Notes: generated from the letters alone by a model not told the origin. A DNA stretch of 24,000 nt from Parachlamydiaceae bacterium (GCA_025451995.1 JANWJE010000060.1:1-24000); one strand, 5' to 3'; counted from the first letter of the stretch, positions 7,966-16,680 are shown. Program-made: numbers and translations.

Positions 7966-8428
7966 TGGACTCTTCCTCTTCTAAATTTGATCCAATTAAT
8001 TGAGAGGAAGCATTTGGGATGCTCTTTGCCTGTTCTTCTGTAATGACATTTTTAAAGACAACATGAACGGATGAGACATGCAAACCCGTCATTTTAGTAA
8101 TTTCTTCAGCAATTTTGGATTGAATTTCTTCAGCTTTGTCAGGAATATTTATTCCGTACATAATATTTACTTCGACCCGAATATTAATCGATTGGTTTTT
8201 GTCATTTTGTTCTGCGTAAATTCCCTTAATCCCTTCTGAGCTTCTTCCCAATAAATCATCGATAAAATTTCCCTCTGTTAAAGTAATTCCATCGATTTGT
8301 GAAAGACATTGGAGGACAATGGATTGAAAAACCTTATTTTCGATATCGCGAATAAATAATGTTTCAGGAAGTTGGAATTCCTTGGTATCCACTTTATTTT
8401 TATCAACTTTTAATTTAGAATCAGCCAT
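7955..8428 (-). CDS. Asp23/Gls24-family envelope stress protein
   Basis: IENKVFQSIVLQCLSQIDGIT...IKGIYAE...INIRVEVNIMYGINIPDKAEEIQSKIAEEITKMTGLHVSSVHVVFKNV fits the Asp23 (DUF322) pattern. The start was moved to ATG 8428 (MADSKLK), which has AGGAG 8 nt upstream. The track's upstream extension to 8566 runs through an intergenic palindrome. Confidence 0.8.
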   Translation of the reverse strand: MADSKLKVDKNKVDTKEFQLPETLFIRDIENKVFQSIVLQCLSQIDGITLTEGNFIDDLLGRSSEGIKGIYAEQNDKNQSINIRVEVNIMYGINIPDKAEEIQSKIAEEITKMTGLHVSSVHVVFKNVITEEQAKSIPNASSQLIGSNLEEEESNEF

Positions 8429-8454
8429 GATGAGTCTCCTAAGAAAGCTATTGT

Positions 8455-8620
8455 AAACGCGAGTTTTGGATAAGGAATGCAGCTCATTCGAGAGAGAGTT
8501 TCTTTCAGATTTAAAAATTTTTTCGAAGCCTACATCTATAATATACAGGCGAGAAAAAATTTTCAAAGCTGGAAGAAAAGATCCTCCAAGGAGACCATTC
8601 CTTATCCAAAACTCGCGTTT
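8455..8620. repeat. 166-nt element with perfect 25-bp terminal inverted repeats in a divergent intergenic region
   Basis: aaacgcgagttttggataaggaatg (8455-8479) is the exact reverse complement of cattccttatccaaaactcgcgttt (8596-8620). The AT-rich interior is itself partly palindromic (ctttcagatttaaaaatttt versus aaaattttcaaagctggaag). Confidence 0.75.
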
Positions 8621-8666
8621 TTAAGAGTATCATTCAATCTTTTTATTTAAAAGGAAAAGCAAGTTC

Positions 8667-9125
8667 ATGCCATCACAATCTCATTCTCACATGCTTTACA
8701 GCTTTATCATCCTGTTAATTGTCGGAAGCATGACAGCCTACTATGCCAATCGAAAAGGAAAAAACCCGCTCCTTTGGTTTGTTTTAGGAATGTTGATCGG
8801 CCTTTTTGCTCCCTTAATCCTTTTTTTTCTTCCAAGTAATAAACCTGAAGAAAAATTTCCAACGATGAGTGTCTCGAATCCGGATCCGAGTTTAGCACAA
8901 CTCGCTTCTCCTTTGGAAATCCCGCCCTCCATTGAAGAAAATAAGCTTTGGTATTACCTCGACAAAGATCATCAACAAATGGGCCCGGTGAGCATCATAG
9001 CCCTCCGAGAACTTTGGAATCGAGGTCAACTTGAGCTTACCAGTTATGTTTGGAGCGAGGGAATGGATAATTGGGAAAGGGTGGATAATCTGCCCGATCT
9101 AAAAGCGGCTTTAAATAAGCTTTGA
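8667..9125 (+). CDS. Membrane protein with C-terminal GYF_2 (DUF4339) domain
   Basis: Two TM segments (FIILLIVGSMTAYYA; LLWFVLGMLIGLFAPLILFFL). The C-terminus reads WYYLDKDHQQMGPVSIIALRELWNRGQLELTSYVWSEGMDNWERVDNLPDL, the typical GYF_2 pattern. An RBS-like aaggaaaag lies upstream. Confidence 0.65.
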   Translation: MPSQSHSHMLYSFIILLIVGSMTAYYANRKGKNPLLWFVLGMLIGLFAPLILFFLPSNKPEEKFPTMSVSNPDPSLAQLASPLEIPPSIEENKLWYYLDKDHQQMGPVSIIALRELWNRGQLELTSYVWSEGMDNWERVDNLPDLKAALNKL

Positions 9126-9126
9126 C

Positions 9127-9212
9127 AAAAAATGGACGAACAACCATGGACATTAGACCTCTTGTTTGCAAGAATTGCTTGCCTTTTGTCCATGGCCGCT
9201 AGTCCATTTTTC
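9127..9212 (+). repeat. Compound hairpin directly after the GYF_2 gene stop (possible terminator)
   Basis: The outer stem is aaaaatggac (9128-9137) / gtccattttt (9202-9211). The inner stem is ccatggaca (9144-9152) / tgtccatgg (9187-9195). The T-run is part of the stem, so this is not a canonical intrinsic terminator. Confidence 0.35.
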
Positions 9213-9271
9213 TAAACCTTCCCTTTGCAAAAACCGCGTATGGCGCACTTGGGAAAAAATTGTAATTAGGT

Positions 9272-9306
9272 GGAATAAATAAAGAACGCTGAGAATCTCA
9301 GCATTC
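9272..9306 (-). terminator. Rho-independent terminator downstream of rpsN
   Basis: The minus-strand RNA gaaugcugag-auu-cucagcguuc forms a 10-bp stem including one G-U pair. It is followed by uuuauuuauu. Confidence 0.6.
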
Positions 9307-9318
9307 TTGACTTTGTAG

Positions 9319-9348
9319 AATTTACCAGCTTGAAATTTACCAGCTTGA
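9319..9348. repeat. Exact 15-bp tandem duplication (aatttaccagcttga x2) spanning the rpsN stop codon
   Basis: Copies lie at 9319-9333 and 9334-9348. The second encodes the last rpsN codons (SSW-stop on the minus strand). The first is a downstream duplicate. Confidence 0.85.
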
Positions 9349-9642
9349 TTTGGTGACGCCTGGGATCATCCCCATGGAAGCCAATTCTCTAAATGTTAAA
9401 CGTGAGAGTTTAAATTTTCTAAGAAAGCCTCTGGAACGTCCAGTCAATTGGCATCTGTTTCTTAATCGAATGGGTGATGAATCCCTTGGCATCTTATTGA
9501 GCGCGATGCGCGCTTCTTCTCTTTCTTCATCGCTAAGATTCATATTTGCAGCTTTCTTGCGAAGGTCTTGTCTTTTTTCCCACTTAAGGTTGACAATTCT
9601 TTCGCGGCGTTTTTGCTTTTCTACAGAAGATTTTTTTGCCAT
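9337..9642 (-). CDS. rpsN: 30S ribosomal protein S14 (long, zinc-independent form)
   Basis: [14 protein letters not shown]...[43 protein letters not shown]. Full-length 101-aa S14 with only one Cys. Confidence 0.95.
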   Translation of the reverse strand: MAKKSSVEKQKRRERIVNLKWEKRQDLRKKAANMNLSDEEREEARIALNKMPRDSSPIRLRNRCQLTGRSRGFLRKFKLSRLTFRELASMGMIPGVTKSSW

Positions 9643-9654
9643 ATTTGATTTTCC

Positions 9655-9792
9655 TTATTTTTTGCGGGCAGGGCCTTTCTGACGTTGTTTGCGATTTGGA
9701 TCTTTCTTGTTAATAACATACAAACGTCCGGATCGGCGCACAAGTATATCGCCTTTAGAAGGATCCGCCTTAACCGAAGCTTTTACTTTCAT
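9655..9792 (-). CDS. rpmJ: 50S ribosomal protein L36 (Cys-less form)
   Basis: Below the ORF-track size cut-off. Hand translation gives [45 protein letters not shown] (45 aa). An AGGA RBS lies 7 nt upstream, and the gene ends 12 nt upstream of rpsN. Confidence 0.9.
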   Translation of the reverse strand: MKVKASVKADPSKGDILVRRSGRLYVINKKDPNRKQRQKGPARKK

Positions 9793-9828
9793 GATAATTT
9801 CCTAATTCATTAAATGGAAGTAGCAGTA

Positions 9829-9857
9829 TTTATAAAATAAAACATCATTTTCTTCAA
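9829..9857 (-). promoter_or_regulatory. Candidate sigma-70-type promoter for rpmJ-rpsN
   Basis: On the minus strand: TTGAAG, 17 nt, TATAAA, located 36 nt upstream of the rpmJ ATG. Pattern match only. Confidence 0.35.
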
Positions 9858-9874
9858 TCCCTATTTCTCCAATC

Positions 9875-9903
9875 TTGCATTTATTTCTTGGAAAATGTAT
9901 TCT
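9875..9903 (+). promoter_or_regulatory. Candidate extended -10 sigma-70-type promoter for rpmH(-rnpA)
   Basis: TTGCAT (9875-9880), 17-nt spacer ending in TG, TATTCT (9898-9903), located 36 nt upstream of the rpmH GTG. Pattern match only. Confidence 0.4.
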
Positions 9904-9939
9904 TCTTCATTATTCAATCTATAAATGAGGAATATAATC

Positions 9940-10077
9940 GTGAAACGTACATATCAACCTAGCAAACGCCGACGTTCTTCTGAACATGGTTTTTTAAAAA
10001 GAATGAGCACTGCAAGCGGACGTAAAATTATCAATCGCCGCCGAAGACATGGCCGTAAGCAACTAACGAGAGTTTAA
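9940..10077 (+). CDS. rpmH: 50S ribosomal protein L34
   Basis: Below the ORF-track cut-off. GTG start with a GAGGA RBS: (M)[44 protein letters not shown]. An in-frame ATG at 9925 would add 5 atypical residues. Confidence 0.92.
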   Translation: MKRTYQPSKRRRSSEHGFLKRMSTASGRKIINRRRRHGRKQLTRV

Positions 10078-10085
10078 AGGAATAA

Positions 10086-10220
10086 AAGGACAATAAGGAC
10101 AATAAGAAAGTAACGAAAATTTTCACCTTATAACAGTATTGTCATAGAAATATTAAGGCGATAATTACATGTCGTTAATGTGTATATAGTCCTTAATGTC
10201 CTTAATGTCCTTAATGTCCA
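10086..10220. repeat. Inverted arrays of a 9-bp unit flanking a roughly 80-nt AT-rich spacer in the rpmH-rnpA gap
   Basis: Right array: gtccttaat x3.5 (10189-10220), plus a degenerate gtcgttaat at 10171. Left array: aaggacaat x2.3 (10086-10106). The left unit is the reverse complement of the right unit with one mismatch per unit. Confidence 0.75.
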
Positions 10221-10247
10221 TTGCCCCCTAAGCCCCCATTTCCTTCA

Positions 10248-10583
10248 ATGAAAACATTTCCATTCAAACCTTCGATGAAAATGCCCTTGCGCAATCGCCC
10301 AAAGGGGTTAAAGCCATTAAAATTTGTCGGGGAATGGATTGTCGCTGACATTTATGTAAGAGGGGACCAGCCTTCACGCTTGGGGATCAAAGTGACAAAA
10401 AAATTTGGCAACTCTCCCAAAAGAAATCGATGCAAGCGATTAATAAGAGAAGCCTTTCGGCTTTCCTTTTCCTCCTTCAAAACTGGATTTGACGTTCTTC
10501 TTCGCCCCCGCTCGAAAGCTGCAGAGGCAAAGATGAGTGATATCCAAAATGAACTTTACTTTTTTATTTCCAACATTTCCTGA
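10248..10583 (+). CDS. rnpA: Ribonuclease P protein component
   Basis: RLGIKVTKKFGNSPKRNRCKRLIREAFR is the RnpA RNR motif region. The start is uncertain: the track uses TTG 10221 inside the 9-mer array, I prefer ATG 10248, and ATG 10278 is also possible. Confidence 0.8.
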   Translation: MKTFPFKPSMKMPLRNRPKGLKPLKFVGEWIVADIYVRGDQPSRLGIKVTKKFGNSPKRNRCKRLIREAFRLSFSSFKTGFDVLLRPRSKAAEAKMSDIQNELYFFISNIS

Positions 10584-12130
10584 TGTTTTGCGGAAAGTTG
10601 ATACACATGCTTGATCGCTTGTATTAAAACTTTTTTATCTGCCAGATGTTTTTTCCAATTTTCTGGAAATTGATCTTGAAATCCTAAAAACACCCCGATA
10701 AGAGCTCCAGCTGCCGCTCCGTTCGTATCAGCATCGCCGCCTTCTTCTGCAAGTCTTTCGATAAGGGTTCTAAAGATTGCCGCTTGATTATCTTTTTGAT
10801 ATTGATCTGCGAGGCGTAAACAATAAAATGCCGATCCCATGCACTTAAACGTGTACCCAATTTTGTTCTGTTTTTCAGAATCATTCCAACCTTCATCCAG
10901 ATCTAAACGTTCCCAATCCCCATGGAGATGGTTCAAAAATTCGGTTTTTACATTTTCAAAAACAATTTCTAGATTTGCCGTCTCTTCAGCAGAAAGAAGA
11001 TTCTCTTCAGCTGCATTTTCAAGCTCTTGGCGTAAAACGGCAAGGCCGGTATCTTCTGCAGCTTTGAATATCTCTTCACAGCTACAGCCTCGTATAGCCA
11101 AGGCTATGGCTATATTGAAAGCAACACAAGAGGCAACGCAGCGCGGATCATAATGGGTGACCTTACAAGCCTCTGTAGAATACTTAACAACATCGTTTAG
11201 GGATCGATAGAAAATCATTCCAACAGGTGATGTTCGCATGAGGGCGCCATTAGCAGCCGGTCTCATGCTTAAAGGGGTCTCAGAGTGATGACTCCAAATC
11301 CTTTTTGAAGTTTGTATGGGATTTTTCAAGAATGTGGGTCTAGATAAGACAGCACCGACCAAAGCGCCCATCCCCATGCAATAGGGGTTGCTACGGCCTT
11401 GAAAAGGTTCTTCCTCTTTTAAACCATAATGAGCCCAGTTCAACAGTTCTTTTGCGAATAAGCTTGAAAATGCAAGAGCGTCTTCATCTTTAGGCATATC
11501 CAATTGCTTAAAAAGGGCTCTTAATAGGCTGAGCGCTTGATCCGTATCGTCAGTCCAACCATTCGTGACGAAGCGTTCAACATGGCCCCAATTGTAAGGG
11601 TTATATAGAAATCTTTTTGGTGCTTCATAGGGATTCAATTCGATGGGTTTCCCATTGATCAATTCGGTCGCTTCAGTTTTACTTGTAAATTCAGTAAAAA
11701 GACCAATGGCATCTCCTAAGGCTTGCCCCATCATCCCCCCGATTTGATGGTTCTTAATCACTCTTGGTTCAACAGCCGGGACAGGGTGGCATTTTTCAAT
11801 GTCAGCAAGGAGTGTTTCAAGAATCGTCAATTTTTTTAAGGAAGCGGCCGTTTTTTCCTCTTCAATGAATGGCATAGAAATACATTCTTTCTTATTTGGC
11901 CAAATCGTGTCTAGAGCGAATTTAAGGCAAATTCCACTAATGCCTACTTTAGCAGCGGACCAAGGGTGTCCTTGAACCAATTGCCAAATACTACATACTA
12001 GAGTGGTCAAAGCAATGGCATTAATTGCAGTTATTTGACTTGAATGTTCGGCAGGTTTTGTAGTAAAGGTTGGAAGAGAGGTCTCGTTTTGTAGTATATT
12101 TTTAATAAATGTCGGCAATGGAAAATTCAT
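10556..12130 (-). CDS. ADP-ribosylglycohydrolase (ARH/DraG family) with a roughly 120-aa hydrophobic N-terminal extension
   Basis: GGMMGQALGDAIGLFTEF, GWTDDTDQALSL and GGDADTNGAAAGALIGVFLG are the ARH metal-binding motifs. The N-terminus has ITAINAIALTTLVCSIWQLV, a QGHPWS loop, then AAKVGISGICLKFAL. The 3' end overlaps rnpA by 28 nt (convergent). Confidence 0.85.
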   Translation of the reverse strand: MNFPLPTFIKNILQNETSLPTFTTKPAEHSSQITAINAIALTTLVCSIWQLVQGHPWSAAKVGISGICLKFALDTIWPNKKECISMPFIEEEKTAASLKKLTILETLLADIEKCHPVPAVEPRVIKNHQIGGMMGQALGDAIGLFTEFTSKTEATELINGKPIELNPYEAPKRFLYNPYNWGHVERFVTNGWTDDTDQALSLLRALFKQLDMPKDEDALAFSSLFAKELLNWAHYGLKEEEPFQGRSNPYCMGMGALVGAVLSRPTFLKNPIQTSKRIWSHHSETPLSMRPAANGALMRTSPVGMIFYRSLNDVVKYSTEACKVTHYDPRCVASCVAFNIAIALAIRGCSCEEIFKAAEDTGLAVLRQELENAAEENLLSAEETANLEIVFENVKTEFLNHLHGDWERLDLDEGWNDSEKQNKIGYTFKCMGSAFYCLRLADQYQKDNQAAIFRTLIERLAEEGGDADTNGAAAGALIGVFLGFQDQFPENWKKHLADKKVLIQAIKHVYQLSAKHQEMLEIKK

Positions 12131-12180
12131 GGTAACCTTTTTAAATTAATTAGTTAATAATTATAAAGATTTTAAATTAA

Positions 12181-12315
12181 TTTATTATTAAATACAACAG
12201 AAACCGCTCGAACAACATCGAAAGTATTACCCAGTGGGCAAAGCTCGTAGTGCGCATCCATGAAGTGGATCCATTACTTTGTTTTTGCGGAACAAGAAAT
12301 TTGATGAGCCCCTAA
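12181..12315 (+). pseudogene. Possible relic of an IS91-family (Y2) transposase C-terminus
   Basis: A single frame reads ...SITQWAKLVVRIHEVDPLLCFCGTRNLMSP-stop. It resembles the conserved W-A-x-L-[IL]-x-[KR]-[VI]-[YF]-E-V-D-P-L-x-C-P-x-C-G segment that I recall near the C-terminus of IS91-like transposases. There is no upstream coding continuation (stop at 12178). Memory-based match. Confidence 0.35.
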
Positions 12316-12327
12316 GACATCTCCCAA

Positions 12328-13578
12328 CTAATTTATGGAACAGATGGATTTCCGGGAGGTATTGTTTATAATTTCTTCGGCTAATTTAATGTATGCAAAT
12401 TTTAAATTGGATTCTATAGTTTTTCGTATATGGGAGGGGAGGTCTTTTTTCTGAAGAAGCTGAAGGCTTAGATCGCGGCATTCTTGAAAATCTCCTTTCC
12501 AATAAGCTGCAACTGAGCATTCAAGAGCTAAATCGTATTGATAGGGAGCCGTCTCCACGAATAATGTATCTTGCGGAAATGGAATGGTCATTCCTAAAGA
12601 GGCTGTTTCATAAGCTTGTTCAAACATGTTTAAACTACGATACAATTTTGCTAAAGCACATAAAGGTTCGGCTCTTGTAGGGCGATAGAAGAAAGCTGTA
12701 TAGAAAGCTTCAATGACTATTTTGGGATCAGCATCAATAGTTTGGTTTAATTTTGCGATTTGATATAGACTATAATAGACTTCTTGATCCCAGCCCCCAG
12801 CTTCGGCTCTTTTTTTATAATTTTCTATAGCAAGTTCAAATTCCCCCGCATCGCGATAAGATTGCGCTAAGTAAAATCTATAACGGACATTATCTGGTTC
12901 TTCTTTTAAAGCTGCCTCTAATACACGTGCATCTTTTAAAAATTTTTGAAGATCGCTAGAACGATGTCCGTCTTTACCGGTTGTGCGATATATATTCACT
13001 AAAGACTCTACCGTTTTACAATCTGGTGAATATAAATACTCATGTAGAACACCGTACCATTTCCAATCAAGAATTGATTTTACTAAGGCAACTCGATCAT
13101 ATTGCAAATTTCCAAAGAGCATAGTCATATCATATCTGTCTTTTTCTAAGTTGGGCCAATAATAGTTATATGAATATTCTAACATTTCATCTGCATCTAT
13201 AAATAATATATAATCTGCTTTACCTTTTGCCAATTCTAATGCCTCATTGCGGTTATAGGCAAAATTGATCCACTGGCTTTCATGTAATTCCCCAGGAATT
13301 TCTTTTAAATATTCTTTGATTATAGTTTGTGTACCATCATTAGATCCAGTATCAACAATGACCCAATAGTCAATAAGGGGTAGAACAGATGCTAAGCAAC
13401 GTGTAATAACGTGACTTTCGTTTTTTACAATCATATTTAGACAGACTCTCTTTTTGTCTATTTTATTGGGAATATCATTCAATGAATCATCTGCAAACGC
13501 CTTAATTGGAATGATTTGATTGCAGGATGCAAATAAGATAAGTAGATAAGTGAATAATACTGTTTGAATTTTAGACAT
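12328..13578 (-). CDS. Family-2 glycosyltransferase fused to TPR repeats, with cleavable-looking signal peptide
   Basis: GT-A core: VCLNMIVKNESHVITRCLASVLPLIDYWVIVDTGSNDGT...ADYILFIDADEMLE (the DAD acts as the DxD motif). C-terminal TPR-like region: YRFYLAQSYRDAGEFELAIENYKKRAE..YYSLYQIAKL. N-terminus MSKIQTVLFTYLLILFASCNQIIPIKAFA/DD, with an A-x-A site. Confidence 0.8.
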   Translation of the reverse strand: MSKIQTVLFTYLLILFASCNQIIPIKAFADDSLNDIPNKIDKKRVCLNMIVKNESHVITRCLASVLPLIDYWVIVDTGSNDGTQTIIKEYLKEIPGELHESQWINFAYNRNEALELAKGKADYILFIDADEMLEYSYNYYWPNLEKDRYDMTMLFGNLQYDRVALVKSILDWKWYGVLHEYLYSPDCKTVESLVNIYRTTGKDGHRSSDLQKFLKDARVLEAALKEEPDNVRYRFYLAQSYRDAGEFELAIENYKKRAEAGGWDQEVYYSLYQIAKLNQTIDADPKIVIEAFYTAFFYRPTRAEPLCALAKLYRSLNMFEQAYETASLGMTIPFPQDTLFVETAPYQYDLALECSVAAYWKGDFQECRDLSLQLLQKKDLPSHIRKTIESNLKFAYIKLAEEIINNTSRKSICSIN

Positions 13579-13774
13579 CTTAAACCCGGTTTATTTGTAA
13601 ATATCGTCAATAATTGATGTTTTTCGTTCCTTACCCGTTAACAATCATCTTAGGAAAAATTTCAGTCCCTAAATTATTAAAGATCTGAATTAAGTATCTA
13701 TAAAAAAAATTTACAAAAAAAATTTTTTTCTTTAAACACCTTTATTGCTGAACAAAATATTAAGGAAAAGGAAC

Positions 13775-14925
<1,151 letters not shown>

Positions 14926-15009
14926 TAAATTTAATTATTCTTTAATAAATTTTTGTGAATTTTAGTAGTTTGTTTTTAATTAATTTCCTGATTATCTTTA
15001 AGGAGTTTT

Positions 15010-15759
15010 ATGTATTGTTTGTTGTTATATTTTATGTCTTTTTGTATTTTTTTAATTCAATCCATAGAAGGAAAGCTAAGGGATGAAGAAAGATACGGAG
15101 AAGAAATTAATAGTCGTTTTATTCTAACATCTGATTTAAAAATTAATTCATTAGTTGATATTCCTTTAAGATCTACTTGGTGGAGTCGAGGCCACGAATA
15201 TGCATGGGCGGCACAATTTGCGGATGCAGACTTAATTGTACTGGATGCTGCATGTGGGATTAGCCATCCATTTAAATGGTATTTAGGTGAAGTTTCATTA
15301 GAAACTTGGGCCTGTGATACCGATCCTCGTATTTCTAAAATGAGTTCTATCATTAAAGAAACTTATGATGACCTCGGAAAAATTGCCTATACTACTCTTA
15401 TTAATAATCCAATTCTTTACAATCAGGTAAAATTAATTAATGCATCAATATGTTCAATGCCAATTAATATGCCTCGATTTGACAGAATTTTTTGTATTTC
15501 TACATTTGAGCATCTCTCGCATAATGATCAAATAAAAGCCATTGCAGAATTTTCACGTCTTTTGACCCCAGATGGCCTTATAATTTTAACAGTAGATTAT
15601 CCTGAAGTTGCTCCCGAAGTATTATTGGAGATTGCAAATTCAGTTGATTTGGTTCCAGCTGGAGAGGTTTTATTGGAACGGCCTTCTAATGACGTTTTAA
15701 CAAATGGTTATTTATCAATTTACAGATGTGTATTAAGACATAAACAAAAAGAAAATTGA
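15010..15759 (+). CDS. Class I SAM-dependent methyltransferase with N-terminal hydrophobic signal/anchor
   Basis: IVLDAACGISHP (motif I-like), FDRIFCISTFEHL and LLTPDGLIILTV. N-terminus MYCLLLYFMSFCIFLIQSIEG. AAGGAG RBS 5 nt upstream. Confidence 0.75.
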   Translation: MYCLLLYFMSFCIFLIQSIEGKLRDEERYGEEINSRFILTSDLKINSLVDIPLRSTWWSRGHEYAWAAQFADADLIVLDAACGISHPFKWYLGEVSLETWACDTDPRISKMSSIIKETYDDLGKIAYTTLINNPILYNQVKLINASICSMPINMPRFDRIFCISTFEHLSHNDQIKAIAEFSRLLTPDGLIILTVDYPEVAPEVLLEIANSVDLVPAGEVLLERPSNDVLTNGYLSIYRCVLRHKQKEN

Positions 15760-16017
15760 TTTAATTATACAGAGACAATTCAATTTAAGATGTTTATTCT
15801 CTAATGACTATGTTCAAAATCTTGCTTATCCTGCCGCTTGCGATCATGCTTATCATGTTAATTTATTAAGGCTAGGTACTTATTTGCGTGATGAGCCATA
15901 ATTAAAAAAAAAATTACGCGGCTCAAAATTCCAAAAACAGTTTCATTAAGACCTGTTCTTATTTATCAAGGTGAATTGTCAAAAGAAGTTTTTGAGAAAT
16001 TATTTTTATATTGCTTA

Positions 16018-16680
16018 TTAGTCTGTTGTATTTTTAGTTAGAAAGATAAATACAGCTTCTGTTTGCAGAGTGTATTTTTGAGGGATAATTTCATAACTAT
16101 AGTCTGGGTACTTTGTAAGATAATCCAAGACATTTCGATGTTTAATTTCAGGATAGATTTGATTTTTAGCGTATAAAGTTGTATAAAGAATAACATAATG
16201 AGGTGAAAAAGAAAAAATATCACTAAGAACTTTTAAATAATCTTCTTCATCGATAATATGATAAAGAACATCAAGACAAACAACTAGATCAAAACATTTA
16301 AACCATTGATTAATAAAATATTTAGGTTCATAAAGCATAAAGCTTTTTGTTTTATCATTTTTAAATTTTTCTGCGCAATTTTTTATACTTGTACGTGAAA
16401 CGTCGATACCGAGGTAGTATGGATATTCAATAAGTCCCAAGTTAAAGCCATCTCCACAACCAAACTCAATAACAGTTTGAATCTCTTTTTTTTTTAAGAA
16501 AATATTTATCGTATCAGCTTTAAATTGAGCTAATTGATTCCTAGAACCTAATCCAGAATTATTTCCTTCTGAGTACCATTTTTCCCACCATTCTTTGTAA
16601 TCAAAAACGGAACTTTCTAATTGAAAACATAATATTAGAATAAAATTAACGAACAACAAATAGTTAAGTTTTTTTTTCAT
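16018..16680 (-). CDS. Class I SAM-dependent methyltransferase with N-terminal signal/anchor
   Basis: VIEFGCGDGFNLG (motif I), YLGIDVS and FDLVVCLDVLYHI. N-terminus MKKKLNYLLFVNFILILCFQLESS. No alternative downstream Met before the catalytic core. Confidence 0.75.
   Translation of the reverse strand: MKKKLNYLLFVNFILILCFQLESSVFDYKEWWEKWYSEGNNSGLGSRNQLAQFKADTINIFLKKKEIQTVIEFGCGDGFNLGLIEYPYYLGIDVSRTSIKNCAEKFKNDKTKSFMLYEPKYFINQWFKCFDLVVCLDVLYHIIDEEDYLKVLSDIFSFSPHYVILYTTLYAKNQIYPEIKHRNVLDYLTKYPDYSYEIIPQKYTLQTEAVFIFLTKNTTD

Noticed and set aside
8429-8566. N-terminal 46-aa extension of the Asp23-family ORF
   Set aside because: An internal ATG at 8428 has an AGGAG RBS. The extension runs through the 8455-8620 palindromic element and has no Asp23-like sequence.
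9350-9682. Track ORF, 110 aa, plus strand
   Set aside because: It is antisense to rpsN and the rpmJ 3' end, both of which are unambiguous ribosomal protein genes.
15804-15869. 21-codon hydrophobic mini-ORF MTMFKILLILPLAIMLIMLIY in the MT1-MT2 gap
   Set aside because: It resembles the signal/anchor peptides of neighbouring genes and could be the remnant of a lost island gene or a small membrane peptide. At 21 aa with no clear RBS, it cannot be supported from sequence alone.
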